A stretch of 64,000 bases of DNA from Trichosphaerium sp. ATCC 40318. Taxonomy: Eukaryota > Protista > Tubulinea. Positions 1 to 13,105 of the stretch are shown piece by piece (the first letter of the stretch is position 1; every line of letters begins with the position of its first letter). The notes under the pieces were generated by a model, which had not been told where the DNA came from, did no database searches, and worked only from the letters and a program-made list of their open reading frames with translations. Location: assembly GCA_038496445.1 (NCBI GenBank), contig JALMLS010000368.1, forward strand, positions 62,001 to 126,000. The letters run 5' to 3'. Both the position numbers and the translations under genes were made by a program.

Positions 1-169
1 TTTGTTTTTTGCGTTTTTACTTTCCAAAACACGTGAATTCCAGAAAACAACTTAAAAAGGCATTGGATTTTAATGTAATGTATATTTTTGGGTGGTACTC
101 TAAAACTGCGAATTGGAAGGGAAAACGATTTCGCGTTTTTTTGCGGACGCGAAAGGGTTTTTTTTTTTT

Positions 170-2493
170 TCCGAAACGAATTTTTTTTGAATGTTGTTCG
201 CACTTGTTGACGTATTAGATAAAGCTCCTCAAGCCTTGCGAATGCCTCATCTAGTATCTCATGATGCCGCACTTTCCGGTCGTCAAGCCTATGCACCGTT
301 TCTATAGCGTCATCGAGCTTACGACGAGCCACCACTGAGAAACGCACAAAAAAGTTAACAAAAAAAATCGCAAAATCAAAAAAAAGATCTATCGTCATAT
401 CGCTTTGTTGTACCTAGTCTATCCTCAACATCTGGTGTATTGTTGAAGCCGTCAAGGTGTAAAACAGACAATCCGCGTTCTTCAGCAGCAACAATTGTCA
501 AACCGATACATTCTTCAAGAAGTAAATCCCTGTGCGCCAAAAGGGACGATTCGTGTATTTCTAGAACAACCAGGAGGAAAAAGTAGAAAAAGAAAATTGC
601 ACTCAACACGCCTTGAATACAAATGTTAGAAGTGGCGCACAGGTAATATCTATACTCATTACGTACCTACACATGCTCGAAATATGCCTATACGAAGTCT
701 ACGTCTAACAGTCTTTTGACTCCTTGTTTTTGCCGATTTACACCCACAGATCAACGCACATTGATATAAAACCATTTTTGGTGACTACACTGTCGCGTTG
801 TAATGATCGTTTAAAAAATGCTAAAATAGACAGTGTGAAAACTAAACAACTCCGAAAACTGCGGAAAAAAAAAAAAAAAAAAAAGACCTCATGGGACGGA
901 AACGTTCCCAGTGGAGTTATGTGTTGAATGTAACGACTCACAATGTGTTTGTTTGTTACAAACGATGTAGATACGAAGTATGAGTGTACACAGGAGGTTT
1001 TTATTAGGCGTAAGAACGAACAATGAGAAGTGGCATGTTTTTAACAAAAATGTAAAGTTTAGTTTTTTGTTTAATACGTAGTTGCAGTATACCTCCTCCA
1101 ACACCTTCATACACATCAATTTATCCCATACGGGGGTTGTTATATAGTATTATGTATAATCCGAATGAATACCATAAAGGGAGAAGTTCGTAATTTCAAG
1201 TTTTTACGAGCTTCCTACTTCAAAACTCTGTTTTCGGTGATTTATAAATACCCCGTCTTTTGATGTAAGTTCATAGCTTATGCGTGCAAAAAACAGCTGT
1301 GTCTTAAACCGTGAAATTTCAATTTTAACTTGAAAACGAAATACCTGTTGGAACATGTGCGAGGAATCGTTTTCTTAACCATCTCAAAACACAAAACGCA
1401 TAATCTTTATTGCACTATAGTATTACTATCTTGTTTCATCACAACCAACTTGAGTATCACTAGTAATGGTAGAAACTAGACAACACCGTGTAGCTAGCAT
1501 CGTACCAAAGTTGCTTCTTTTGGTATACAAATTGAACAAAACGTATTGTGGTCTTAATCTTCACTTGCTATCGTATTTTTCCTCAATGCAGTTATGATCC
1601 ACAGTTGAGAATAAAACCAATTAGTAGTAAGCACTTTACTTGATCACATACAAATGTGTAACCATTCCTAGCCTACCCAAAAAAAAAAAAAATAATTTCA
1701 AAAAGCCTTCAACGTTTTTTTGCGTCAAATGAAAACTGTACTTTTTGGGGGTGACAACAGTAATGCAAGTAAGCAAAAAGGTAGTTCTTTGATCAACCAG
1801 CTCGCCGGCGTAGTTTTTTAAAATTACCATGTAAAGTAAATGACGAATACAACGCTAGATATTGAAAGACTGCTAGGTTCTAGGCAATCATCCTGCGCGC
1901 GAAATTAACTTTGAAGTACATAAACAAACCTTACAATGTTGTCCGAATACTACTGCCGAAGGGCACGGGGGCAACACCAAATAGGATCGCTCTACCTAGA
2001 AGTAAAACGGTTGAAAAAAAATGTTAATTTGAAAAATAAGTCGATAGTACTGCTTCAATTCAGCCAACACACGCAAACCTACAAATGTGTCAATTGATGT
2101 TGTAGTACCATGATCTTTTAGGAAGCCAATAGGGTTTATACCACCAAGGGATACGTGATAATAATGTCACAATCATCCGTGTTTTTTGCGAGCTAATACA
2201 AGACTACAGAAGCTTTGAGATTCACAAAAATGATTGAAAACACCAACACGTATCATTGGTGAACAGCAAAACCATAATTTTTGGCTGTTCACTGTGTGGT
2301 TTTGCAAATACTCTCGGAAAGAAGGTTAAGTCAGGGTTAAGTCCGACGGTATTTTTCTCTTCATAAATTAAACTCATACCCGTGTACGCTGGTATTCTGT
2401 CCAACCATCGAGCTATTTCATGCTGGTAAACTTTCGCTCACATTCTCGCAACCAACTGCCAACATGCTTTATTCTCAAATGATCTTGCCTCAT
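170..2493 (-). CDS. Possible multi-exon hypothetical gene (fragmentary, model unresolved, may be degenerate)
   Basis: Several open, protein-like minus-strand segments bounded by GT/AG, e.g. WARRKLDDAIETVHRLDD (~220-335), LEIHESSLLAHRDLLLEE (~415-570), HEIARWLDRIPAYT (~2380-2422). I could not build a consistent spliced frame across 1100-1250 and 1900-2200. Confidence 0.3.
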
Positions 2494-2571
2494 CTTGCTG
2501 GTAGTACCTCACAAAGACAGGAAACCAGTACGTAAAACAAATTATAGCCATTTAATATTTAATTGGTCGTA

Positions 2572-4557
2572 ATGGAGACTGTGTTTACCAATATTGTAGG
2601 TTTTGACAAAAGCCTGATAAATAGAGTAAATTCGAACAGTTCCAAGCCAATTTGTATTCTTGACTTGAGAGACGTCGAAAGAAAATATAATCAATGGATA
2701 CAACTCCTACCACGCATAAAACCACACTATGGTACGCAAAACAACAAAATAAAGTACAAAAACCCTTCTAACTTACTAAAACAGCCACAAAATGCAACCC
2801 AAATCAAGCGCTATGCAAGACATTGGCTAATGTAGGATGTAACTTTGATTGTGCAAGCGCAAAAGAAATAGAGCTGGTAAGACGAGAAAATCGAGGAAAT
2901 TCTTTAGAAACTTTCAGAAAATTGTTTGTGTCCCGTTAGTTAAAAGCAGTTAACCTAAACCAGTAATTAACTCATTTTAACGCTACAGATAACATCATTG
3001 GGAGTGTCATCTGACAGAATCATATACGCAAACCCATGTAAGCCAGATGACCATGTTCGTTATGCTAGGAGTATTGGTGTTCATACTACGGTGTTTGATG
3101 ATACAGACGAGCTCGATAAACTGAAAGAATGTCATCCAAATGCAAAATTATTATTACGTCTACGCGTTGACGATTCACACTCTGTATGCCCTCTTAACCT
3201 TAAATTCGGCGCAGATATCACTGGTACAATACTGGTTTCGAGGGTTTTTTTCTTTTCTTCTGACTTTTCCTGTTTTTGCCGCTTTGTCTTCAAAACGCTT
3301 CCAAAACACCGCAAATAATGTGAATAAGCTGTTTTAAAGGTCTAGAACTAACTTGTTGTCTTTAGACGTAAAAGAACTTCTTGAACACGCGATTCGCCTC
3401 AACTTAAGCGTAGTAGGCGTTGCGTTCCACGTTGGTAGTGGATGCATGGAGTAAATACGACCTTTTTCTAACAATTTCGTTTTTCTAACTTCTTTTAGCG
3501 CCTCAGCGTACCACGATGCACTAGTACTTGCCAGAACAGCATTTGACATTGCATGGGTACGTTTTTAACTCAGATTCGTCAACTCTCCGCCTGTTGGAAG
3601 CGAAAAACCCCGAAATCCGTAAAAATTAATTCGAAACAGCGGAAGAGCTCCAAAGTTTCTCCTATCCGTCTCGTACAAGGTATCTAATGTTTTATTCAGG
3701 GCCTAGGTGTTAGATTCTCTGTTCTAGATATCGGTGGTGGTTTTCCAGGGACCTGGAAGCCTCTTAATGGCGAACCGCATTTTACTGAATTTGCGCGTGT
3801 TATAAACGCTTCGCTTACACAACTCTTTCCCGATCCTAGTACCTATGTGATAGCAGAACCAGGTCGCTACTTTGCCTGTAGTTCATGCACACTTATCACA
3901 AAAGTAATCTCGGCCAAGAAGGTACGACACACTGTCATGAAGACACGCAACTTCTCAATTTTGTTTTTTTGGGTTTTTGTTTTCTGTTATCAAAAAATCC
4001 CGTAAGAGTCAAAATGATGGTAATATTCAAGACGGGGATGATTGCTGATTATAACCTGAATCCTGATTGCTCTTTATTTTGTGTCTTTTTTGGAACCAAG
4101 CTCTTCCAATCAAAAAAAAGTTTCCCAAAAACAAAAGAATGTTCGACTGACAGCTATGACCTAGAAAACAATAAAAGGAGTAACACAAATGTCTTACTAC
4201 CTCAATGATGGCCTATACGGATCATTCAACTGTAAATTATTCGATCACTACACACCTGTACCATTCACACTAACAGACATGACCAGTACGTATTTTCTTG
4301 GATTTCATCCCAAAAAAAAAAATCCAAAAAATCAAAAAAAATTTAATTGTTCATCTCTAGGCGCACCAAACCATTCTACAACTATGTATGGACCTACATG
4401 TGACTCTCTTGATACTATAGTAACGGGAGTTTTATTTCCTCAATTGAAGAGAGGAGATTACATCGTGTTTCCCAACATGGGCGCTTATACACTCTGTGCT
4501 GCTTCAAGGTTTAATGGTTTTGAAAAACCTGAATTATTCTATGTAACTGCAAATTGA
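2572..4557 (+). CDS. ODC1: Ornithine decarboxylase (fold III PLP decarboxylase), ~8 exons
   Basis: Spliced translation gives PHYATKCNP (PLP lysine), FDCAS, IIYANPCK, FHVGSG, LDIGGGFPG, IAEPGRY, YLNDGLYGSFNC, GPTCDSLD, NMGAYT, FNGF. Confidence 0.95.
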
Positions 4558-4859
4558 AGCAAATTCATCAAGCTTAAAAACAAGACGATTTTCTAATGAC
4601 ACGTGAAAAAAAACAACAACAATCAATCAATCACAACGAATTCGCAAAAAATGTATTTTTTTTTTTTCTGTATTTCTCTCTTCTCCATAGCAGCTTGTAT
4701 AAAATAAATGAACATTACGAATTATTACAAAATCGCTCCTTTATTATTTTTTGTTTCAAAACACTACTTCTTTGGTTGCTTGGGTGGCCTGAAAAATCGC
4801 ATGTTAAAAACAAAAAATATTCAACGGTTTTTTTTGTACTTGCTTTTTTTTATTTATGT

Positions 4860-6185
4860 CAGCACGCATCTGAGATAGCTCTGTTGGTCCTCTAAATCTT
4901 CTGAAAGACGTTAAAAAAAACCGTCAACTGCTTATTTAGTTTACCTTGGTTTCGAATTATCAGAAGGTATGCGCTTGTCAGAACGAAGCTAGGAGTAAAT
5001 AAGGAACGAAAAAATTTATTTATTTTTTCACAGCGGATCCAAAAACGTGCCATAAATAAGAGATTATCAAACTGCTCTTTCAACTCATTGTATTGCACTT
5101 CTAAGTTATTACATTTTGATGCTAGAGCTTTAACATCACCATCGAATTTCTTTTCATGCTTAGAAGTTCCATTGGATTCACTAGTGATAATGTCTTAGTA
5201 TTAGAAAAAAACAAGTTTAGCAATACCTTTGGGATTCAACATTTGTTTGTTGAGGACCATGTTGATGTCCATTCATACTCTCAGCAATTCTATCTACACA
5301 CTGAAGCTCTATTGTTAATCTGCGATCCTCTTCATTTAGTTTCTGTTCCCTTGCATCGAGCAAGCTCGACCGTTGTTCAACCTCTTTTTCTTTGTTGGAA
5401 ATAGCATGTCTTTTGCTTGAAAGCTCCTCTTCTTCTTTCACTAACACCTCCTCTTTCCTCTTGGCCCTAGAGACATTTGTATTTAACTGTTCAATACGAT
5501 CTAGAAGATCCTTCTCTTCACGTGAAAGTTTACTTTGACGTGACATTAGAATTGTTTCAAGTTCTTCAGCTTTTCTTTCTTTACTTTTTAATGCACTTTC
5601 TCTATCATCAATAGCATCTTCTCTCTCTGAAAGAAGGATGTACTTATCACCAATATCAGTCTCTCTTTGGTCTAGCAATAACTCCTTCTCCTCAAGCTTA
5701 TGCTCTCTGTTATCGAGTTTTGTTTGAAGAGCACTTAGTCTATCTTTTTGAGCCTGCATTGCCAGCTCTTTGTCAAGCATACATGTTTCTCTTTCGTGTA
5801 ATCTAGCAGCTCGTTTTTCTATATTAGTTGTTCTATCGTTTAATACAGCATCACGTTTTGCATTAACGTGACACGTGCATAAAAACCAAAACGTCATTTT
5901 TGTTTTAAAGTTTGAATGTTTTTTCTTCAGTGCTTCGTTTTCAGCTTTCAACGCTTCCACTACGTCTTCTACCTTCTCTTTTGTGCTTGTTTCTTGGTTA
6001 TCTATAATCTCCTTAAACTGATTCAATTCTTCTCTTACGCTTTGAGCGTCGCTCAACCCACGTGATAAGAAGCCAATTGTTTCCTCAACCTTTTTTACAC
6101 TTCGCCATAAATTGTCGATTTCCAGCAAAGCAGCCGTCTCACCGTTACCATCTACGTTATTCCAAGATGCTCTTAACTCATTCAT
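4860..6185 (-). CDS. Long coiled-coil protein (3' end uncertain)
   Basis: 322-aa ORF rich in E/K/R/L heptads, with a further in-frame exon at ~5050-5194. Confidence 0.7.
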
Positions 6186-6420
6186 TATCCTTTAAGACGT
6201 TTTATCTCTTCAGAGCTTAGAAGTTTACCCGTTGATGAATTACTACGCGCGACCTGGTGCTAAGGCAATTCCAAACAATCCTGTACGAATTTCAACAGCA
6301 AAAAGTTGTCTAAGGTCGGAGGTTTTAAACCAGTGGTCAAGATTTAGTCGAGAGTTGTTCGTGCAGTAAAGACTTATTAAAGACTATAGGGGTATAACCA
6401 TCAGTGCGAAGTGACAGCTT

Positions 6421-7581
6421 GTTTGTTTGTTTGTTTGTTTATTGTTTATTGTCTGGGGTTGACTTTCAGGGCGCAGATAAGGCCGCTATAGAAAAGACGC
6501 CACACCACCCGACATGGCTACTAGAGCCTATAATGTAAAAAATAAAATAAGAATTAAAATAATGGAGGAAAAGTTACAGAAAACCCCCCTTGCAGGAAAA
6601 GCCCCCTGGCATAAAAACCTGCGACCCCGTCTACATAGTCTATTCCGCTCACTTATCTACCAATACCCTTACATCCCGACTCACTCGTCCAATCGTTCAC
6701 TCCTCTTTCTCTTGACCTTCTTCCATCTACCTTTACCAACTGTTCTACCTCGCTCACTCCTTATTTTTGCCTCTGTTTTACATCTCGCTTTGTATTTTCG
6801 ATACAATAGCGTAATGTATGCCACGTTGATCATACTTGTGGCCGTCTCCGCTTTAGCCTTGGACAATCCAAGTATGCCTTTCACCTTCTCACACATTCCT
6901 TTAATCACCCACCCCATGGACGTGCGATACGAGAAATTATCCTTACTATCCGGTTTCACACCCCATATCTCCGCCAATTCCGTGGCTCTTTGTATGTTTG
7001 ACATTCTGCCATGTAGTAATACCTCTTGTCTTACACGCCATTCTCTAATCTTCTCCTCACTCATCCCCAGCAAGGCCACTTCACGCATTTCATTTGTTAC
7101 CCTCCAAGTTTTGACCATATCCGGTAGCACAAATGCGTTACCTGCCGTCACTCCCACTATAATTGACCTGTTAGCATCCGATTCATCCCACGATAACTTA
7201 GGATGCGGCCATTGAGTCACATGTTGAAGTATGCGGGAGACCTGCGTTACAAAGTGAAACTCAAAATCGAAGTCACAATTGACACAGCTAGCAAAATGAT
7301 GAAAATTTTCCGTAGCTTCAACGCCAACTGCCAAGCAAGCTCCACAAAGTGCATGCGGGTACATGATGCGGTTTCTCTTAGACCAGACCGACTCTGCTTT
7401 TCCACACTTCCGTGGGTTATGACATGCTAGGTTCAAACTGAGTGCATTATTCCGAACCCGAAAGACAAATTCTTTGATCGCAGACTGTGCGTAAGTACAG
7501 TCTGGGAAGAAAGATTCCCGATACATCGTGCCTGCTCTACTTCTTCCATAGGACTCCGATACCTGTTCCATTTCTCTGATT
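6421..7581 (-). mobile_element. 5'-truncated non-LTR retrotransposon (LINE-like) copy
   Basis: 13-bp direct repeat GAAGTGACAGCTT at 6408-6420 and 7582-7594 (TSD). (AAAC)n tail on the minus strand at 6421-6450. Intronless, with higher GC than the flanks. Confidence 0.85.
6681..7571 (-). CDS. C-terminal part of a LINE ORF2 with a zinc-knuckle (zf-RVT-like) motif
   Basis: 296-aa ORF with LCGAC...ATENFHHFASC (CxxC..E..H..C) and a basic C-terminus, inside the TSD-bounded element. Confidence 0.7.
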   Translation of the reverse strand: MEQVSESYGRSRAGTMYRESFFPDCTYAQSAIKEFVFRVRNNALSLNLACHNPRKCGKAESVWSKRNRIMYPHALCGACLAVGVEATENFHHFASCVNCDFDFEFHFVTQVSRILQHVTQWPHPKLSWDESDANRSIIVGVTAGNAFVLPDMVKTWRVTNEMREVALLGMSEEKIREWRVRQEVLLHGRMSNIQRATELAEIWGVKPDSKDNFSYRTSMGWVIKGMCEKVKGILGLSKAKAETATSMINVAYITLLYRKYKARCKTEAKIRSERGRTVGKGRWKKVKRKRSERLDE

Positions 7582-7922
7582 GAAGTGACAGCTTTGGTTG
7601 TTTTTAAGGCACAAAAAACTTTTTAGATTGATTTTTTATCTCGTACTTAATCACGTGATTAGATATTTACACTACGCGCGTAATCCCTAGCCTCTATAGC
7701 CTATACAACGAAGGGAAGTTATAATGCCTTCTAAAACACGGTATGTCCAAACCAATGTCTAAAACGGCGCTCTCCATACAATATTTCGCCACTAGCTGCA
7801 GTGAAACGTTAAACAGCATCCGTTGGTTCTTTTTTTTTTTGATCCTTTAATAGCCATAAAACCGGTTGTTTTCGCATCTACAGCGCTAAGTATGTATCTA
7901 TAGGACGATTTTGACAGTTTTT

Positions 7923-8550
7923 ATGATATATTTCGCTGCACTGACATTGGCAGCTTATAATTGGAAACACAACCCCTTTCCTGATGGTCTGCCACGCAAA
8001 TTCGGCAAGGTAGATGAGTTTTGCTTCCACGTAGATGAGACACTCGTTGAGTTTCCAGACGGAAGGAAGTGCGGATTCACTGAGTTAGATGTGTGTGTAC
8101 CTATAGAAAGAGAAGGAGGCTCACTTGGTATTCATGGCGACAACTTTCGGTTCATACGCAAGGATAGTGTTGATTTCGACTTGCCGTTGTTCTGCATGGG
8201 CGAAACAGTCAAGACAAGAGGTACAATTGGACAAATCTCCACAAGAGCATTCTACAAAGACGAAGAACTCACTTGCGAGGCTGGTATTGGTGAGCTATCT
8301 TATCAAGCGGTAACAACAAATGCGTTTAATGCCATGTCACGTCTTTTACCTGATGCTATGCGTGGATCGTTCGGAAAAGCAATGTCAGCGAAACTATGCA
8401 GCGTTGTAGGGTAAGCAGAGCATTTCTACGTTTTTCAATCTTCCTACGTGGCATTCTCGAATTGACGTTCTATGTAGGCGTTATATAGATGAATTAATAG
8501 AGTCTGGTGCTAAAATAGAAGCGGAGGAAGCGAAGAAACCAGAGTTGTGA
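7923..8550 (+). CDS. Hypothetical protein with N-terminal hydrophobic segment
   Basis: Open frame from ATG 7923, intron 8411-8477, last exon RYIDELIESGAKIEAEEAKKPEL* ending 8550. An upstream exon is possible. Confidence 0.65.
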
Positions 8551-9378
8551 ACTGATTTGCAAAAAAGCAAAAAAAGAAGAAAATAAAAGTATTTTTCAAG
8601 ATTATTTGAAAACACTTGGTAGGCGCTGTATTATTGCCCACACAATAGGTACAAACACATCCTTTGCGCATGGTTCCCTTCTAGTACGCACACTTGCATA
8701 CTTGGCTGTTGTGGCGATGTGAGTCTTTTTCTCCCTTTTTCTCCTATGTTTCTACAAAAAAGATTCTGGCGCGTATTTGACGTTGAAATGCATCGGTATT
8801 GTACTACAGCTATACAAGTTTTACAACGAACAGAAATGTGACACGTTTTGTTTCGCTCGAAGAAAGCGTCCGAAAAGAAAAATACGAACGTTGGGTTTTC
8901 GTTTGGGCAATTGAAAAACGCAATACCAAAGTAACGTTCAACCGTACAAAAAGGACGCATTCAGACGTGGAGTAATATGCCACAACCTCTTTTTGTTGTA
9001 GCGTTACTTCAGGAAAACTGCACGGCATAAAAACTGTTGTTTCTTATTAGGCAACGCTAGCTGAGAGCGTATAACGAGTTGGAGGAACTGGGAGAAAAGT
9101 GGAGGATTCACCTAAAATAGGGTGAACATTTTATGAGTTCGGGTGAAACATTCGCGAATATTTTCGCAGTATTACTCATCTAAAGTATCCACAACGCATC
9201 TACAGATGTAGACTAATCCAAAATATTCATGCGCTTGCAAACTACGCAGCATTAAAAACCGAATAAACTTTAGATAATTTGCTCGTCAAAACCCGACTAC
9301 CCGGTCGACCTAAAACCCTGCAACGTACGGTTGCATGCTAAGCTCCATTTTACGTGCGATTTTAGCATAAAAACCCGA

Positions 9379-12300
9379 ATGGCTCAACAAATTTCACCCC
9401 CAACATCTTCTCCAACCGGTCTTTGCCCTAGAGAGTATTATTTCGTTGTAGATATTAACTTCAAGGTAATTTAGAAGGAAAATAGCTTTGCCGAAGAAAA
9501 TTGGGCTTGCGTATTCCTTATTTCGCCCTAATCGTCTCGCAACGTCAAAGAATCGTTTTCTTCGAGCGTTTTACGGAGAATCGCGGCCGGGGAAACAAAT
9601 TTGAAGCTATTTCTTGCCAACAGTTTTTTTTTACCAATTTTAATTTTGTTTGTACCTGTCAACACCAATTCGCTTATTATTCAACTATAGAACTCGCTTG
9701 ATAGATTTGCATTGCGTGACCTACGTATTTTACTCCAACAGTTCAATCTAGCGACATCTGGTACAAAATCACAGCTCGTAGAACGCGCATATCTAGCGTT
9801 TAAAGACCTGTATCAACGTTATGAATTCGATCGGTTACCATACCAGGATGTTTACTCGAAATTCACCTGTTTGACCAGCTTGAGGTGCGTATCGAGTAGA
9901 ATATCCATCACGCAATGGTATGTTAGCCTAACAAGCACTATAGCAAACAACGGGGTTTATCTTGTCAACACTACGTTATTAGCCCCAGGCAAGGTGCGTG
10001 GCCGCACATTTAACACGCTTTCACGTGAATGACGTGATGTTACGGAAAATACAAAGCTTTTGTTGGCAGACATTTTTAGCAACTTCTTCCTCCTAAATCT
10101 TATACTACTTGCAGTCCAACTTCCACCAGACCATCCCGCTCTTACTCAGACGAACGATCCTTTTTTGGAATTATTACGCCTAGAGCCTATTAGCCAATTC
10201 TACTTAGAGCGCGTGTACCATAGGTACGCTTTGAGGCGGAAACAAAGATTGTTTTTTTATTTTTTTCAACAACCTGTCGCTGACGATTTTTTTTTAATTG
10301 CTTTAGTGAGATGAAGCAACACCGATTTTCTCTTGGTTCAACTAATTTAAAACACACGAAAACAAAAAAGTGGAAAATAATATTAAGATGTTTTCAATGT
10401 CGCCCGTGTCAACAGGGTAACAACTTTAATGCAATCTTATGTACTAACTCAACAAAAAAAGGACGATTAATTGTAGATCGTGAGCATAGTTGGCCAGAAG
10501 GACTAGAGGTTAGAGTTAATAACCGTGCTGTAACTATTATTACGGTATGTTATTTTAGAGCGAGTATTGTCTCATGTTCTGATTTCGCGTAGAAGCATCC
10601 TCCGAAAAAAAATGGAAAGGGGAGCATTAGGGATATTGCTTCGAACATCACCAGATCACTCATGGGTGGTGATAATTGTATTTATTTGAGTTTGGCTTGC
10701 TCTCCCAGCGTGCGTTTATATAACGCCCCTATGTTGAATACTGTCCGTGTTTTATTGCACTCTTTTTCCTACCAATACAATTGCTGACACTTCTACGTTC
10801 CTCCAGGCATATATTGGAGTTGTACAGTACGCAAAAAGTGTTCATGTAGATAAACTGCTATCAATTATTCAAGAAAAGCGAACGCTAACATACGAGCATG
10901 CCTTGGAAAAAGGTACAGGCAGTTTTTTTTTTCTTGTTTTTTTGGGTGTTTTTGGGCTTTTTTCCTTGTATTCCTGGTGCTCATCATGTGGTTTGTATAG
11001 TCAAAGCAGCGTTTGGTAGTGATGAAGATATTTGTGAAGTAGAAAAAACTGTTCGGTTAACGGATCCATTAGTACTTAGACGGATACAAGTACCCGGTAG
11101 AGCATCATCATGTAGACACTTACAAGTACGAACTATTTCCATTTCGTGTAGTTTACTCGCTCATGTTTTTTATTCTTTTTTAGTGTTTTGACCTTCAAGC
11201 TTACTTAAAGATGAACGAGAGGCTACAAACATGGACATGTCCTTCATGTAATAGACCAGCACCTTTCTCAACACTTGTTGTAGATGAGTATTTTTTAAAG
11301 ATTTTACAAAACGAAGAAGTTACATCAAACGAAGATGTATGCGAAGTCAAGATATTTCCAGACGGAAAATATGAAATCAAAAAACCTCCTGTGGTTGAAA
11401 AAAGGGAAGACGATAGCGAAGATAGCGAGTCTGATGATGGAAAGAATAATCTAGCCACAGACGCTATAGTAGATTTAACTGATGACTCTGAAACAGTTAC
11501 AACAAACACTGCTGGTTTTTCAAGGCCTATACCTGCTACTCTACCACGAAGCCCTCATTTACCGCCTATTGGGAACCTTCAAATACAGCATGGAACTCAA
11601 GTAAGCGGTGGTTGGTATAACCCGCATTTACAACATCAAATGATGCAACCAGCATATCAAGCAGCTTATTACCAACCGCAAATGTCTCAACACCCTCATT
11701 TGGGACAAGTAGTGGCGCCATTGAATATGAGGTTTAATGGTGATTTGAGGCAACAGCAGCAACAACAAATGTATTCACATCAATCTGCTCCTATTGTTGC
11801 GAATGTAATAGCTACTCATCCTGTTCAACAGCAACATATGGTTCCGCAACAACAGCATATGACGCCACAACAACAACATCAACAGCAACAGCATCAATTG
11901 CAACAACAGCTACAGATTCAACAACAACAAGAACAATTAAGGCAACAACAATATTATCAAAATCAAATCAACAATCAATTGCCAGCAGGTCAAAACTTTA
12001 CAAGACTAAATAGTTACCTGAAGCAAGGTACATAGAAACTTAAATTTTTTTTTTTGTGGGCGCGTAAAAAGCATCTACTTTCTTATCTTCTTGGATTAAA
12101 AAAAATCCCACAAAAAAAAAGGTAGTTTGGTCAAAATTTGTTCAAGCATGCTTTTCGCGTAACACCAAGAGACCGCTACGCGGACTTCTAGGATTGCCTA
12201 CTTTCCGTACTGATTCTTTGTATAGCACCTTTCCAAAATCAACAAACCCATGTATATTCTCACAACCAACAAGCTGTATATAATACCAACCAAACATCAA

Positions 12301-12974
12301 CAAAACAAACTTCTTCTTTTTCTGCCGTACCACACGTCGATGAAGCTTTAACTTGCATCATGTGTAAGGGATCTGGCGATTACATATGCGGGCAATGTAA
12401 AATACCACGATACTGCTCCACAGAATGCCAACGCGCCCACTGGTACGCTTAAACGTGAAACTCTAGCTTTGCATTCAATAGGATTTTTCAAAAACAAAGA
12501 CCCTTTTTCTTAGCGCCAAACTCAGTTTGCCTTACGTTTTGCTACAGGCGGAGAGAACATAAGCAAGAATGCGGTGCTAACAGGGCGGCAGCCAATAATA
12601 ATGCTCAACAACTTGGCCCTCAAATAGGGTCTGCAGTTACCCACTTACCTCGTCCAGCATCACAGCAACAACATCAGCGAAGGACGCCAGTAACTCAAGA
12701 ATTTACAATAGTAAATCCAGGACAACACAGATCAGCGTTCGGCGAAGCAAAGGTAATGATTACAAGCCAAATTAAATAAGAAACTAACTTTTTTTTTTCT
12801 TCGAAAAAGAAGTCAAACGGAACACCTCTACGTGCAAGTGAAGTAGTAACACCTCTTGCAAGTCCTATGAGGGCTAATACAAAACCACGATCTGGTCAAA
12901 AGCGTACACGATCAAAGGCCGGTGAGGGAACAACACAAACTACCACAAATGCAAAGAAAATCCGATATCGGTGA
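9379..12974 (+). CDS. PIAS: PIAS/Siz-type SUMO E3 ligase (SAP, PINIT-like, SP-RING, SIM, poly-Q) with C-terminal MYND zinc finger
   Basis: SAP: LDRFALRDLRILLQQFNLATSGTKSQLVERA. SP-RING: LTDPLVLRRIQVPGRASSCRHLQCFD...WTCPSC. SIM: IVDLT. A phase-1 splice 12028/12226 leads to CIMC...CGQC...YCSTECQRAHWRREHKQEC, with stop at 12974. Confidence 0.85.
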
Positions 12975-13105
12975 AAAAAAAAAAAAGAAAAAAAAAAGCA
13001 ATAAATTATTAACACTGTAATAAAACAAACCCCCCACTCAAAACATAAAACTGTAAATACTCAAAAAATAAAGACTAAACATAGAATACCACGTTTTTTT
13101 TATGT

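Noticed and set aside
2050-2571. Polyamine-sensing upstream conserved coding region (PPW / PS-stop) or antizyme frameshift site ahead of ODC
   Set aside because: Only a PPR-containing short frame and a generic 23-codon uORF (2464-2535) were seen. No PPW, PS-stop or UCC-UGA site was found.
6514-7215. 233-aa + strand ORF
   Set aside because: Antisense shadow of the retroelement ORF.
8631-9028. Short minus-strand ORFs
   Set aside because: No recognisable motif or consistent splice model. A small gene cannot be excluded.
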